A DNA stretch of 63,719 nucleotides, filler included, from Asterionella formosa (lineage: Eukaryota): assembly GCA_002256025.1 (NCBI GenBank). It is 13 parts of 13 records of this genome, joined end to end, with 100 filler letters (N's around TTAATTAATTAA, not from the genome) between each part and the next. Parts side by side here need not be neighbours in the genome. Positions count along the whole stretch, not along the records: positions 1 to 23,424 come from NKIB01002474.1; 12 more parts are not named here. One strand, given 5' to 3'. The notes beneath the pieces were generated by a model. The model saw only the letters and a list, made by a program, of their open reading frames with translations. It was not told the DNA's origin and ran no database searches. The position numbers and the translations under genes were made by a program. This document shows, piece after piece, positions 1 through 11,239 of the stretch (position 1 is its first letter; the number at the start of each line of letters is the position of its first letter).

Positions 1-1
1 T

Positions 2-1267
2 CCATCAGCAGGTAACAGAAGAACTTTCAGAGCGGGTTCAGGTGCTAGTAGAATCGAGAATTCCATCAACCTCATCTCGTGCTGGACGAAGGAGATTTCT
101 ATGGATGACGACGTTGAAGATGTCTTGCTGGCAGAATCGTTCGAGGATGCACCGACACTGCCTGCACCGACCACACCACTTCTCGGGATTGGTGGTAAGG
201 ACGGCATGGTGTTCGACGTGAATAAACTCAAACGAAATTTAGTCCAAGAGACCGTCCAACAATACAAGCGCGAGCTCTGGACCATGCTGGGAACGCCCTC
301 GGCGTCCTTGGATTTAGTCCAAGACAAGCTGGCCGCCTTGCTGCAGGCAAACCCGATATCCACCACGACGGACAGCAACCTCCTGGATGGAGGGGAATGG
401 AGCTTTGCTGTCAAGAGCAAACAACCCGCCAATGTATTGCTGGATTCGAATCGATTCCTCATCAACAGAGCGCCGGGGACTGCCTTATTGGGAGTGGCGG
501 AGAAAGCATTTTCAACCAATGCGCGCCAATACTATTTAGAAGAATTTAAAGATCATGACTCTCCATTTGTTCTAGATCAAACGACATATCTGGGAGGAGT
601 CTTGTCGAGAAAGCGAACGTACAACGTTGTCGCCTTGACGAGGACGAAGATGGACCTGGACATTTCAAAAGTGCAATGGACCCTATGTGGAACTCCATTC
701 ATCAGCAAAAGTTGTACTCCTCAAAAGTCTCGGAAAGTTCAAGTCGTTCAAATATTGTATATTGACTCGGACTTGCTCATTTCTTGTGATCAAGGGTTGG
801 ATCGACCATATTCGGTCTACACCAAGTCTCCAGAGTGGACTGCCAGGGCTCAACGAGTGAAACGAAAATTAAGACTCGTGGGCTCTGTTCTGGCCAAGAT
901 CAGAACGCATACTGTAGGCGTCATGACGTTCCGCCAAAGAATGATCCAAAAGGCGCAGAACCGAATCTTTGGAAAGAGGCAGGTGCAAGTCAAGGAACAA
1001 AATTTAATCCTTTCGGAAATCAAGGGTGAAGGCAAGTCGTCATTGAAGGTGCTGAAACTTGGCGACTTTGCCGGAAATGATGCTTGGGAAGGAGAAGAAG
1101 ATCCCTTTGTGAATTTATCTGCCGACGAACGGCAGAAAAAGTTGAAATCGATGAAGGTAAGGGACATTCAATTAGCAGGCCAAGAACAGCAACGAAAGGC
1201 GGAGAAGGAAAAGAAGCGCGTTATTTACGAGCGAAAACGAGTGTTTAAGAAACCGGAGAGCAAATAG
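2..1267 (+). CDS. PAP/fibrillin-like domain protein with basic coiled-coil C-terminus (5'-partial)
   Basis: The frame is open from base 2 into the ATG at 101. LAALLQANP..SNLLDGGEWSF and QILYIDSDLLIS resemble the first and last motifs of the PAP_fibrillin fold. Confidence 0.55.
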   Translation, partial: PSAGNRRTFRAGSGASRIENSINLISCWTKEISMDDDVEDVLLAESFEDAPTLPAPTTPLLGIGGKDGMVFDVNKLKRNLVQETVQQYKRELWTMLGTPSASLDLVQDKLAALLQANPISTTTDSNLLDGGEWSFAVKSKQPANVLLDSNRFLINRAPGTALLGVAEKAFSTNARQYYLEEFKDHDSPFVLDQTTYLGGVLSRKRTYNVVALTRTKMDLDISKVQWTLCGTPFISKSCTPQKSRKVQVVQILYIDSDLLISCDQGLDRPYSVYTKSPEWTARAQRVKRKLRLVGSVLAKIRTHTVGVMTFRQRMIQKAQNRIFGKRQVQVKEQNLILSEIKGEGKSSLKVLKLGDFAGNDAWEGEEDPFVNLSADERQKKLKSMKVRDIQLAGQEQQRKAEKEKKRVIYERKRVFKKPESK

Positions 1268-2367
1268 CAGTGCTAAATGCATACGTAGTAGACTGCTTCC
1301 GTGCAGATTCTATAAACGGTTGCTGAATTAAGACTAGTTTGTTGTTTCTGTCTTACATACGGAACTTTCCCCAAATATGCAATAGAACAACAATTCCGAC
1401 GAATGAAAGCGACGCGACCAATACAGTGGTAGGGCCCACTTGGAGTCCTGGAGATTCGTCGGTGTAAAATTGCAGAATGTTGGATCCAGCACTTCCAGCT
1501 CTGGTAGATTGACCGACACCAGAATTGGCTGTGGCCCTTGCGGCTGCGCGACGTTGTGTGGCCTAGTGGCGGCAACGAGAAGGGAAGTGTCAGCAAACGT
1601 CAACGTTGAATTGCAGGAGGAGGAACAAAGTGACCATCCATATGAACGAGTCGGTCGTCGTCAGGAGAGCGTGAATCTCAACAATTGATTGCTGCCTTGG
1701 CGCTAAGACTTTTAAAAAAATCCATCAATTGTTGTGACTATCACATGACGAAGTAGAAAATGTCAAAAATGACCCTTGCATGTTTGGGCCGATATCCTTT
1801 TCTCTACAACCCATCAGCAAGTCCACCTCGAAACATGCTCTATATACGCTCCTTTCCGATCGTTCCATCGTNNNNNNNNNNNNNNNNNNNNNNNNNNNNN
1901 NNNNNNNNNNNNNNNNNNNNNNNNNNNNNNNNNNNNNNNNNNNNNNNNNNNNNNNNNNNNNNNNNNNNNNNNNNNNNNNNNNNNNNNNNNNNNNNNNNNN
2001 NNNNNNNNNNNNNNNNNNNNNNNNNNNNNNNNNNNNNNNNNNNNNNNNNNNNNNNNNNNNNNNNNNNNNNNNNNNNNNNNNNNNNNNNNNNNNNNNNNNN
2101 NNNNNNNNNNNNNNNNNNNNNNNNNNNNNNNNNNNNNNNNNNNNNNNNNNNNNNNNNNNNNNNNNNNNNNNNNNNNNNNNNNNNNNNNNNNNNNNNNNNN
2201 NNNNNNNNNNNNNNNNNNNNNNNNNNNNNNNNNNNNNNNNNNNNNNNNNNNNNNNNNNNNNNNNNNNNNNNNNNNNNNNNNNNNNNNNNNNNNNNNNNNN
2301 NNNNNNNNNNNNNNNNNNNNNNNNNNNNNNNNNNNNNNNNNNNNNNNNNNNNNNNNNNNNNNNNNNN

Positions 2368-2930
2368 GCAACAGCAACAGCAACCAGGTTGATGTTGTCT
2401 TATTGGATATTGACGGAGTTCTCCTACCGTTTGGAAACAATCATGATGATGAGCCGCAAAGTGGAGACTATGGTTGCCTTACTGTTCCTACCAGTAACGG
2501 TTTGTTCCCTGACAGAACGTTGGCCGCCCTGTCCAAGATTCTGGAAGTGACAGGCGCTGTAGTGGTGCTTTCCTCCACTTGGCGTGTCAGAGCAGATTTC
2601 CGGGAGGATATCTTGGCAGCCTTTCGAGACTACGGAGACAGCTTCGGTGGCCCACTTGCAACAATGTCGGAGTTTTACGATCTCACGGATGTCAACAATC
2701 ACAGCGAGCGACAGTGGGAAATACATGACTGGTGCACCACCAACTGCAATAGAATCCGCTACTGGGTGGCCCTGGACGATGAAGAGCTCGTACAAGGGGA
2801 CACGAATCTAGCCTATCGATCCAGCTTTGTCGGACGGGTAATTAAGACTGAGAGTTCGATCGGGTTAACGATGAAAGATGCTCAACAAGCTATCAAGCTA
2901 TTCAAAAAACAGCAAACATCACCGCGATAA
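2368..2930 (+). CDS. HAD-superfamily protein, HAD_SAK_2 (Swiss Army Knife RNA repair-like) type; 5' end lost in gap
   Basis: Motifs VLLDIDGVL (DxDGV), VVLSSTWR and WVALDDEEL match HAD motifs I, II and IV as seen in this family. Confidence 0.75.
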
Positions 2931-2959
2931 ATTTCTGCGCTACACTGAGTTTTTACTCA

Positions 2960-3802
2960 TTAAGAATCGCCGCCAAAGTTGAACATGTTGCCCCACATGG
3001 CCTTGATTCTTTCCTGATTCACAATTCGTTGTTCCTCCGCCGTCAGAGGGTCTGGAATACCAAGTCTCTCTCGTTCTAGTCGCCTCTCTTCGAATTCTCG
3101 AGCTTTACGACCATCTCGTTCCTTGACAAATGCAGCTTCTTTTGATTCCTTTTCCGCCCTCTCGTTCATATACCTACGATAAACTTGCTCTTCGAGTTCC
3201 GTCCTCTGCGCTGCCCTTCCTCTTTCTCGAACACGTTCAGCTTCATCGCGATCGCCCATCCCACCCTTGGATTTTCGAGTTCCCGACAAGCCAGGGATGC
3301 CCCAATCACCAGAAAGATCATAAGCCCGTCTCGTTTCCTCGTCGTACAATGTATTGTATGCTTCATTCAACAGAGCAAACCGATCGGTAATCTCGACGCG
3401 TTTCTTGCTTAGTTCCGCATTCACGTTTCTTGTCCTCTTGTGAGATTCCCGGGCTTTGTCCACTAGTTCTTTCTTCTCTACAAACGTCCTTGTAATGACA
3501 CGCTCTTCTTTCAAAAAGATCTGTAGTTCCTGAACAGACAAGGATTCTGGTTCAAACCTCACAATGTCTACAAAGACGTCAGGATGCCACTGCTTTGCTA
3601 GCTGCAGATAATTCTTACGAATGTCCTTGGATTCTGCATCACGAGTGACATTGAGTGTAAAATAAAAATCTTCTTCATGGTCAAACTGAAAACGACTTTT
3701 GACAGCATAATGATGTCGTTGTGTTTCTTTGGAAAGTCTTGGAAGGAAGCCATTACATGATCGAAGAGCAACAACAACAGCAACAATAGCGAATGCGTAC
3801 AT
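2960..3802 (-). CDS. DnaJ (J-domain) co-chaperone with N-terminal signal/plastid-targeting peptide
   Basis: FYFTLNV..DIRKNYLQLAKQWHPD and RFALLNEAYNTLYDEETRRAYD are J-domain helices with the HPD motif. Hydrophobic leader ends CNG-FLP. Confidence 0.85.
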   Translation of the reverse strand: MYAFAIVAVVVALRSCNGFLPRLSKETQRHHYAVKSRFQFDHEEDFYFTLNVTRDAESKDIRKNYLQLAKQWHPDVFVDIVRFEPESLSVQELQIFLKEERVITRTFVEKKELVDKARESHKRTRNVNAELSKKRVEITDRFALLNEAYNTLYDEETRRAYDLSGDWGIPGLSGTRKSKGGMGDRDEAERVRERGRAAQRTELEEQVYRRYMNERAEKESKEAAFVKERDGRKAREFEERRLERERLGIPDPLTAEEQRIVNQERIKAMWGNMFNFGGDS

Positions 3803-6300
3803 GCTATTATTGCTTGTGAAAAGTCAATCGTAAAATTGAAGTTCTTTGTTCTGTTATGGGAGTACAGATGAAAATTTACTACCAGGGTACTCCGCCTCAA
3901 AAACTGCTTTATATATTACCTNNNNNNNNNNNNNNNNNNNNNNNNNNNNNNNNNNNNNNNNNNNNNNNNNNNNNNNNNNNNNNNNNNNNNNNNNNNNNNN
4001 NNNNNNNNNNNNNNNNNNNNNNNNNNNNNNNNNNNNNNNNNNNNNNNNNNNNNNNNNNNNNNNNNNNNNNNNNNNNNNNNNNNNNNNNNNNNNNNNNNNN
4101 NNNNNNNNNNNNNNNNNNNNNNNNNNNNNNNNNNNNNNNNNNNNNNNNNNNNNNNNNNNNNNNNNNNNNNNNNNNNNNNNNNNNNNNNNNNNNNNNNNNN
4201 NNNNNNNNNNNNNNNNNNNNNNNNNNNNNNNNNNNNNNNNNNNNNNNNNNNNNNNNNNNNNNNNNNNNNNNNNNNNNNNNNNNNNNNNNNNNNNNNNNNN
4301 NNNNNNNNNNNNNNNNNNNNNNNNNNNNNNNNNNNNNNNNNNNNNNNNNNNNNNNNNNNNNNNNNNNNNNNNNNNNNNNNNNNNNNNNNNNNNNNNNNNN
4401 NNNNNNNNNNNNNNNNNNNNNNNNNNNNNNNNNNNNNNNNNNNNNNNNNNNNNNNNNNNTAGCACTGGTGGCAACTGCAACTGGTGCATTCCCATGATGT
4501 CCCATTGTTTCAACATACATGGTAAGTAGTGGATATTTTATTGCTGGTAATGGCGTATCACTAAATCATTTGTACCAAGACACCATTGTTTTTGATTGCA
4601 CCACCATCCATTTGTGTGGCTGTTTGTTAAGCACTCCTCTGATTGCTTGCACCTTGTTCAAAGTTATTGTGTAATCCATGCATACCAAGTTTCTTAAAGA
4701 AATTCATGTTATGTTATTTATGACAAGAAGGGCAAAGGGGATGGAATGAAACACACCAATGTACCAAGAATAGAACTCTTTCAGCACCATTTTGCACTCC
4801 ACCTCATACTAACAGATGGTCAATTGTGTATCACCACCAAACTCATCCCCACTTGACTGTGCTAGAAGTCAATACGTATGTTATGCTGATATCAGGAGGG
4901 TAGTAGTCTTTTCTACAAAGCCAGGCTACTCATGCCAGGAAACGCCATGCTGGCTGCCCTATCACAAATAGAGTACTAGTTTAAAGGCGCTATAAAAGTG
5001 AAAGTTAATAATAATTATGCATGCAAATACCCTTATATCATGAATAGATACAATCGAAACAAAACGACCATGTCGAACAAAAAACCAACAGAAGCGATCG
5101 AGCATAGAAGAGATGCAATCAAATCGCAAATCGGACAAATAGCATCTACATATTACACTTTGTACATAGTGTTTCACTCGCCAATTCGCTCTAACTAGCA
5201 AAACAAGCAGCAGAAGGTGGGATCAATCGAAAGTCAGAAGGTCCCTGATGGAAGCCTGGATTGATCCACGGCATGCAGGATAGAGTGAGAATGATAATTG
5301 TAAGGACGAAATGGGGCATACCTAATATTAATGATTATGTGGAGCAATCTACTAACCTACTGGTCTTATGAATATAATCCCGAGTATACAGCATAAACAG
5401 TATAAAGTGTTCTATTACCAGGTACGTATGAAGGCTAGAAGATACATGACTAGAATATTTATTAAGCAAGTAAGTTATCACATATGATCGGAGTAAAAAC
5501 TTGAGGCAAAAATCAGAAATACCAGTATCATTTTTCGTCTAAAGAAATATAAACAATGCAACAACATGCAGAACAAGCAAGCCAAGTCAACAAACAACCA
5601 TTCACATCAGTTTGATGACAAATAGCTACTGGCATCATCAATGAACTCATCTCGCCTAAGACTGGGCAAGATGAAAAATTATTGGCATGGTCAGAGGTGC
5701 ATTCCGCAGTTACTTTTGAAGGATGTGGCCCCTGTTTTACCCTAGTTTGGAGTAAAACATCTCTAGGGTTGTAAAATTGGCATGGATAAGGGAGTGTATT
5801 CCTGTGAATTCTCATGACTTGAATATCGTTTTGAATACTTAAATGAATAATTATCAGCGCCATATTGATAGAGTTCCATTTCAAACAAACAAAAATGATA
5901 TATACATGTTTCCTTTTTATCATCATTGGTGTACTCCATGCCAAAATATGAAACAGGAATATACTCCCAGTATGTATGATTATGTTTCATTTTCAAACAA
6001 AAGAAAATGATAATCTGTTTTATAGTCCCTTTGCACTCCCCTATTTCAAGGCAAGTTATATTCATTGTTCCCCTAATGCTGTGGCTAAGATAATCACCTT
6101 TTGCAAAAGGTGGTTGGGGATTCACCTATGCTAGCAAAACTAGGGAAGCACAAGTCTTGTTGGCAGGTAGCACAATGAAAACTAGCCTTGAAAAAGGGGA
6201 GTACGAATGGGCTATAAAACAGATTATCATGCATACAGAATCTAATATGCTGCATGTATATTATTAAAGGTAGGTATGTATTACAGAAAATTTAAAATCG

Positions 6301-7040
6301 GTAACTACCGGTACCCTGGTACCGCAATACCAGTACCCTGGTAACCCTGGTAGCGGTACCTGACACTATCTTTTTTTGGAGGCTTCACATGGTCATCATC
6401 GAGAGTGGCAGGTTTACCGGGACTTTTCCCAAACAGGGTTGAAAAAGAGAAAACTATTCGTAAATTCAACTGCCCATTGGCATTTGCACCACAATTGCAC
6501 CACCGATTGCACCACTATTACTTAAAGGAAACCAAAATTGCACCATCAGACTATCCATATATAAAATCCGTGCTACGGCCTGCACTACCGTAGTGATATT
6601 TTCTACATAGGATCACGATCAGATTCATATAAGATATGAATTTTGTAGTACCCAACGGCCGAAGACTACCCGGTACATACATGTAATAGGACATACCGGT
6701 ACTAATAAAGTATTGCTAGCATTTTGTATCATATATATACCGGGTAGGTTACTACCGGTAATGAATTTTTAACTAAGGCACTCCTTGCTGACGTCATCTT
6801 GTCGCTGCACCACATTGCACCACAATAGACCTGGTACTTGGTTCAAAAATGCGAATTTGAAAATGGAGCGGCACCTTGTACCAGTCCCGGTACCAGGTAC
6901 CAGGTACCTGGTAGCAAAGAATGGGAATTACTACCGGTATGTATCGGTAATACCGATGGTACGTGCGGGCTTGATACCTGGTTCCCAGGTACCATACCCT
7001 TGGTAACTGGTCCCGGTACTGTGTTCAGTACCAGGTAATG
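6301..7040. repeat. Intergenic clusters of TA-CC(W)GG-TA / GGTACC palindromic units
   Basis: TACCGGTA at 6306 and TACCAGGTACCAGGTACCTGGTA at 6891-6913, plus many variants. Similar clusters at 11051-11180, 32287-32300, 32440-32453 and 52939-52967. Confidence 0.85.
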
Positions 7041-7330
7041 GCTTTCCAATGAAATGTGTCCATTTCATCAATTTGATTGATTCTTTTGCAAAGTCACTCC
7101 ATTTTACAGGCACCATACTTGGCAACTTGGCAGTATGCTTGATTGCTCTCTGCCGCTGCATTCGTTCGTCACAGAAACACACATCGCGACATCCTAACAA
7201 GCGATTGCTGTCTGTATTGATTATAGCCATTCGTTATTAGCTAAATTCCTCTCGGAACTGTCCTCTACATACCGGTACAACAGTATCCAATCGTCCCCCA
7301 TCTGCGGTGAAGTAAACCCAAAAAGACAGC

Positions 7331-8134
7331 ATGTACACTGACAAGAAGACAGATGAAGCGACACATTCCTCCATGTACCGAACAGTGGACCGACGTGGAT
7401 CATCAAACGTGATATCAAAACGCTGTTGTACTCGATGCACTGCCATTCTTGTCACGCTGCTGTCGGGGATGATGATAACATTGATTGGAGGCATTTACAT
7501 TGGAGCGCACTATGAAGGAATCGCCATTGCGGCTGCGCCGCAAACGTTGGACTTTTATTCGGGAGATACCGTGTGTGCCATTTCTAATCCTCGGGACCAT
7601 AGAGCCATCGCTCGCACTTACCCCAACGCAGCAGCGGCTCATGAAGAGAACCAAGTTATTGTCCATTGCCGAGAATGTGGAGCATGTAGCACTCCTCGAG
7701 ATATGGAAATTATGTCGTTTACCAGAAAGTCACTTACTCTGGACAGCACCATGTGTGCCTTTTTAGTCTTTTTGGAAGGTCCGGAAAGTGTGTCGTGGTG
7801 CTTAGAAAAGGTGGTGGGATTTACAAGAGAATGCGAACAGTGTTGGACCAATGATGTTGTGTGCTCCTTCCAAAATTGCAAATACACATGCATGAAACAC
7901 AAGTTCATTGTTGGAGAAAAGGGAACAAATGATGACGATACTGGTATTCTTAATCCATGTTTGAATTGTGATGAAAAAATATGTGGACCAGCATTCATTC
8001 AATGCAGTGGAGCTAATCGACGACGCATGGGAATTGTAAGTGATATTGAACGCTCGGGACATTTGGAGCAATGTATCAAAGTAGACTATGATTGGATGAA
8101 GGGGGCGAAAATCATTCGTGACCATCCATCGTAG
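7331..8134 (+). CDS. Cysteine-rich single-pass membrane protein of unknown function
   Basis: 267-aa ORF with an N-terminal TM helix (ILVTLLSGMMITLIGGIYIG) and a patterned Cys domain (CRECGACS, CEQCW, CSFQNCKYTC, CLNCDEKICGPAFIQCSGANRRR). Confidence 0.75.
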   Translation: MYTDKKTDEATHSSMYRTVDRRGSSNVISKRCCTRCTAILVTLLSGMMITLIGGIYIGAHYEGIAIAAAPQTLDFYSGDTVCAISNPRDHRAIARTYPNAAAAHEENQVIVHCRECGACSTPRDMEIMSFTRKSLTLDSTMCAFLVFLEGPESVSWCLEKVVGFTRECEQCWTNDVVCSFQNCKYTCMKHKFIVGEKGTNDDDTGILNPCLNCDEKICGPAFIQCSGANRRRMGIVSDIERSGHLEQCIKVDYDWMKGAKIIRDHPS

Positions 8135-8704
8135 ATTCACCTTGCATAAAGTCTTATATTCGTATTCTGTTGGTGTTGGTGTATCGGTGTAGTGAATTCT
8201 GTAAATATAGCTACCGTTACCTGATAGTGAGGGAATGGACAAAGGGTTTAAACTATGCCATTTTTAGTAACAAACGTGTCACTTTCACGTTTCCGGTTTG
8301 TTCAAAACAATCAATGTTCCTCCATATGATGATGTAGCACACTTTCGTTGAAATGCAAATAAGAAATAATCATTTATGCCACGACGGCGATCCTTTTCGA
8401 GGCAAAAGGTTGAAATGATATCGGTGCATGTGTACACTAACCGAAGAATCCTATGCTGTTATCACTTTTAAAGTTGCTAGCATCCCGATGAAAACCATTC
8501 GACAGCCCTGTAGAACCATGACCAGATGCACGCAGATGGCATTGCATTGCACCCACCAGTATTTTGTAATATTTATAAATCTTAAATTTTTTCAAGTCCA
8601 GTAGCGGGCTGTGTTGTTCTTCGCAGCCACGTATCGTCCTTAAATTCTCTAGCCAATCTTGCCTATTTGTTGTTTTATAGCAATTTAATTTCGCAAAGTA
8701 CTGT

Positions 8705-10487
8705 TTAGGGCAATGTTGCATACCCACGGTCGCCACCACGACATTTCTTGACAATGGCACTCAGCAACAGCGCCACAACGGCTCCTACTGTGGCCGACAA
8801 TGCAAGCGCCTGGTTGTTAGGATATGTAGAAGGCACAGGACACTCCAAACAAACAGGACATGGACCGATGGAGGGAGACAAGGAGACGGAGGGTGATGGT
8901 GTTGGGTCAGGAGGTGGGATCCAGTAGTCACATTGTTTTGTCTCAAAGTTCCACCAACCGTTGCCACAGTCTGGAGGAGGACCAGGTGTCGGAGACAATG
9001 TTGCGTCACCGAGCCCAAAATCAGGGATGGGAGGGTTCAAACACGCCAATTGAACAGGCTTGGCTTTTAGGAGTGATGGCATCAATCCGGCAGCCGCCAC
9101 ATCTTTGAGGGAGAGCAGCTCGGCGGGAGTTTCAATGAGGCCATTGGCATTATCATCATTGTACAACTTCCAGGCAGAAAATGACCAACCGATGCCACGC
9201 TCAAAGGCAAAGAGCTGACGAGCGGCAAAAGACTGACGATGACGCTTCCACCATCCAGAATCTACAGTTTCATCGAAACGGCCGCACTGGCCATAGTCAA
9301 CAAAGGCTGGCGTACCTTCGTTCTCGCAGTTATCAATGGAAAGATCGAAACCACTCGAGATAAAGACAGGTACGTGTCGATAGCAACCTGCATACTCAAT
9401 CGGAGATCGTGCAATGCACGCAATTGCTTCGTGATAAAACATCTTCATGCGATCGTCTTGGCTTCCCGAGGAGGCCACATCGGCAACACTGGTCGAGTGG
9501 TCCATTGTCACGGCAGCAAACACGTTATCATCCAGAGGTGACAAATTCATCAGGTTTCCGGACGAGATTGGTAGGAACAAAGGTAGATTGGGTGCAGCCC
9601 CGCGAGCTGCACTGACGATGGTTGGTGTCATGGAGGGCAGTGTCAAGGCTAAAACAGCTTCATTCTCAAAGCAATAGGCTGCAGCTGCAGTGACAGCTTC
9701 ATGGTTGTCTTCGCCATGGTCCACGACAACGATAATGGCGCGCAGCCCCGATGTTTCCACGAGCTTGAGCAAGGAAGTAAGGGCAGCCTTGACGAGTCCA
9801 TTTCCGTTGGCGGCAAAGGCTTCTACGGGGACAGGAATCTGAACAGCATTCAGACCAAGTGTCTTCATGTCTTTGAAGTCGGACTCCGTATAAAAGCGCA
9901 TGGCCTCCTTGAGGGTCAACTCTTTGCCTTCGGTGGCCCATGGAGCAGGCACAAACAGTCCTGCCAGAGTAGCAGAACGAATGGGCTCGCCACTTTCCAG
10001 CAAAAAGGTGGCAGGAGTAGGACATTCCAAGATAGCGAGTCCACCGACATCACATGCAAACGGGTCCTTGTCTACGTCAGGCGACGACGCATAGACCGAC
10101 TTGACATACAAATCAATCAAATCTACCACTTGCGCTTCCGTAATGTTCCCTGCTGTATATTGCAAGCGGATACTGTTGGAGTCCACGATTTTATCGCTGT
10201 CGACACCAGCAAGCTGAGCAAACTGTTTCGGAAAGTCAATGCAGCCGTACGTTTGACCATCGGTTGGATCCAGCACAAAAGCACCTCGGTTTTTGCCGCA
10301 AAGTGGAGCAAAAATCGACAGGCCAATATCCGTCATATCCTTGACAGTGTGCTGGTTCATAACATTGCGGTCAATGACGCACTTGGGCTTCATTGTTGCA
10401 TCCGTCGCTGCTTCTTGATCGAATCTTGTTGCTTTTGTCATGTTTTATACTTTGGGCCTCTCTGCAAAGCTTTTGTGACCAAAGGGA
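8705..10487 (-). CDS. GH5 (exo-1,3-beta-glucanase-like) TIM-barrel protein with Pro-rich linker and C-terminal TM anchor; probably non-catalytic; N-terminus may continue into gap
   Basis: IRSATLAGLFVPAPW, FYTESDFKDMKTLGLNAVQIPV and QLFAFERGIGWSFSAWK align by eye with Exg1-type GH5 motifs. C-terminal TM followed by GYATLP. Confidence 0.7.
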
Positions 10488-11239
10488 NNNNNNNNNNNNN
10501 NNNNNNNNNNNNNNNNNNNNNNNNNNNNNNNNNNNNNNNNNNNNNNNNNNNNNNNNNNNNNNNNNNNNNNNNNNNNNNNNNNNNNNNNNNNNNNNNNNNN
10601 NNNNNNNNNNNNNNNNNNNNNNNNNNNNNNNNNNNNNNNNNNNNNNNNNNNNNNNNNNNNNNNNNNNNNNNNNNNNNNNNNNNNNNNNNNNNNNNNNNNN
10701 NNNNNNNNNNNNNNNNNNNNNNNNNNNNNNNNNNNNNNNNNNNNNNNNNNNNNNNNNNNNNNNNNNNNNNNNNNNNNNNNNNNNNNNNNNNNNNNNNNNN
10801 NNNNNNNNNNNNNNNNNNNNNNNNNNNNNNNNNNNNNNNNNNNNNNNNNNNNNNNNNNNNNNNNNNNNNNNNNNNNNNNNNNNNNNNNNNNNNNNNNNNN
10901 NNNNNNNNNNNNNNNNNNNNNNNNNNNNNNNNNNNNNNNNNNNNNNNNNNNNNNNNNNNNNNNNNNNNNNNNNNNNNNNNNNNNNNNNNNNNNNNNNNNN
11001 NNNNNNNNNNNNNNNNNNNNNNNNNNNNNNNNNNNNNNNNNNNNNNNNNNTACCCAGGTACCAGGTACCAGGTACCTTGTACATATGTGCATCACACCAT
11101 CAGTCTACCGGTACTCCGAGTACCGTACCTTGTAAGTTGAGGTTCATTTCTTCTTCGTTTCGACTCGATTCGTACCGGTATACAATCTCTACACTTATTA
11201 ATCTTCTCGTTCTCTATCAATCGAAAATCACCCCCCATC

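Noticed and set aside
1334..1603. Small ORFs between the first two genes
   Set aside because: Non-ATG starts, no motif and no convincing splice model.
4460..5482. Possible LTR (4948-5482, TG..CA on minus) followed by a TGGCG primer-binding site
   Set aside because: No second LTR and no recognisable gag/pol motif; the PBS match is too short to support.
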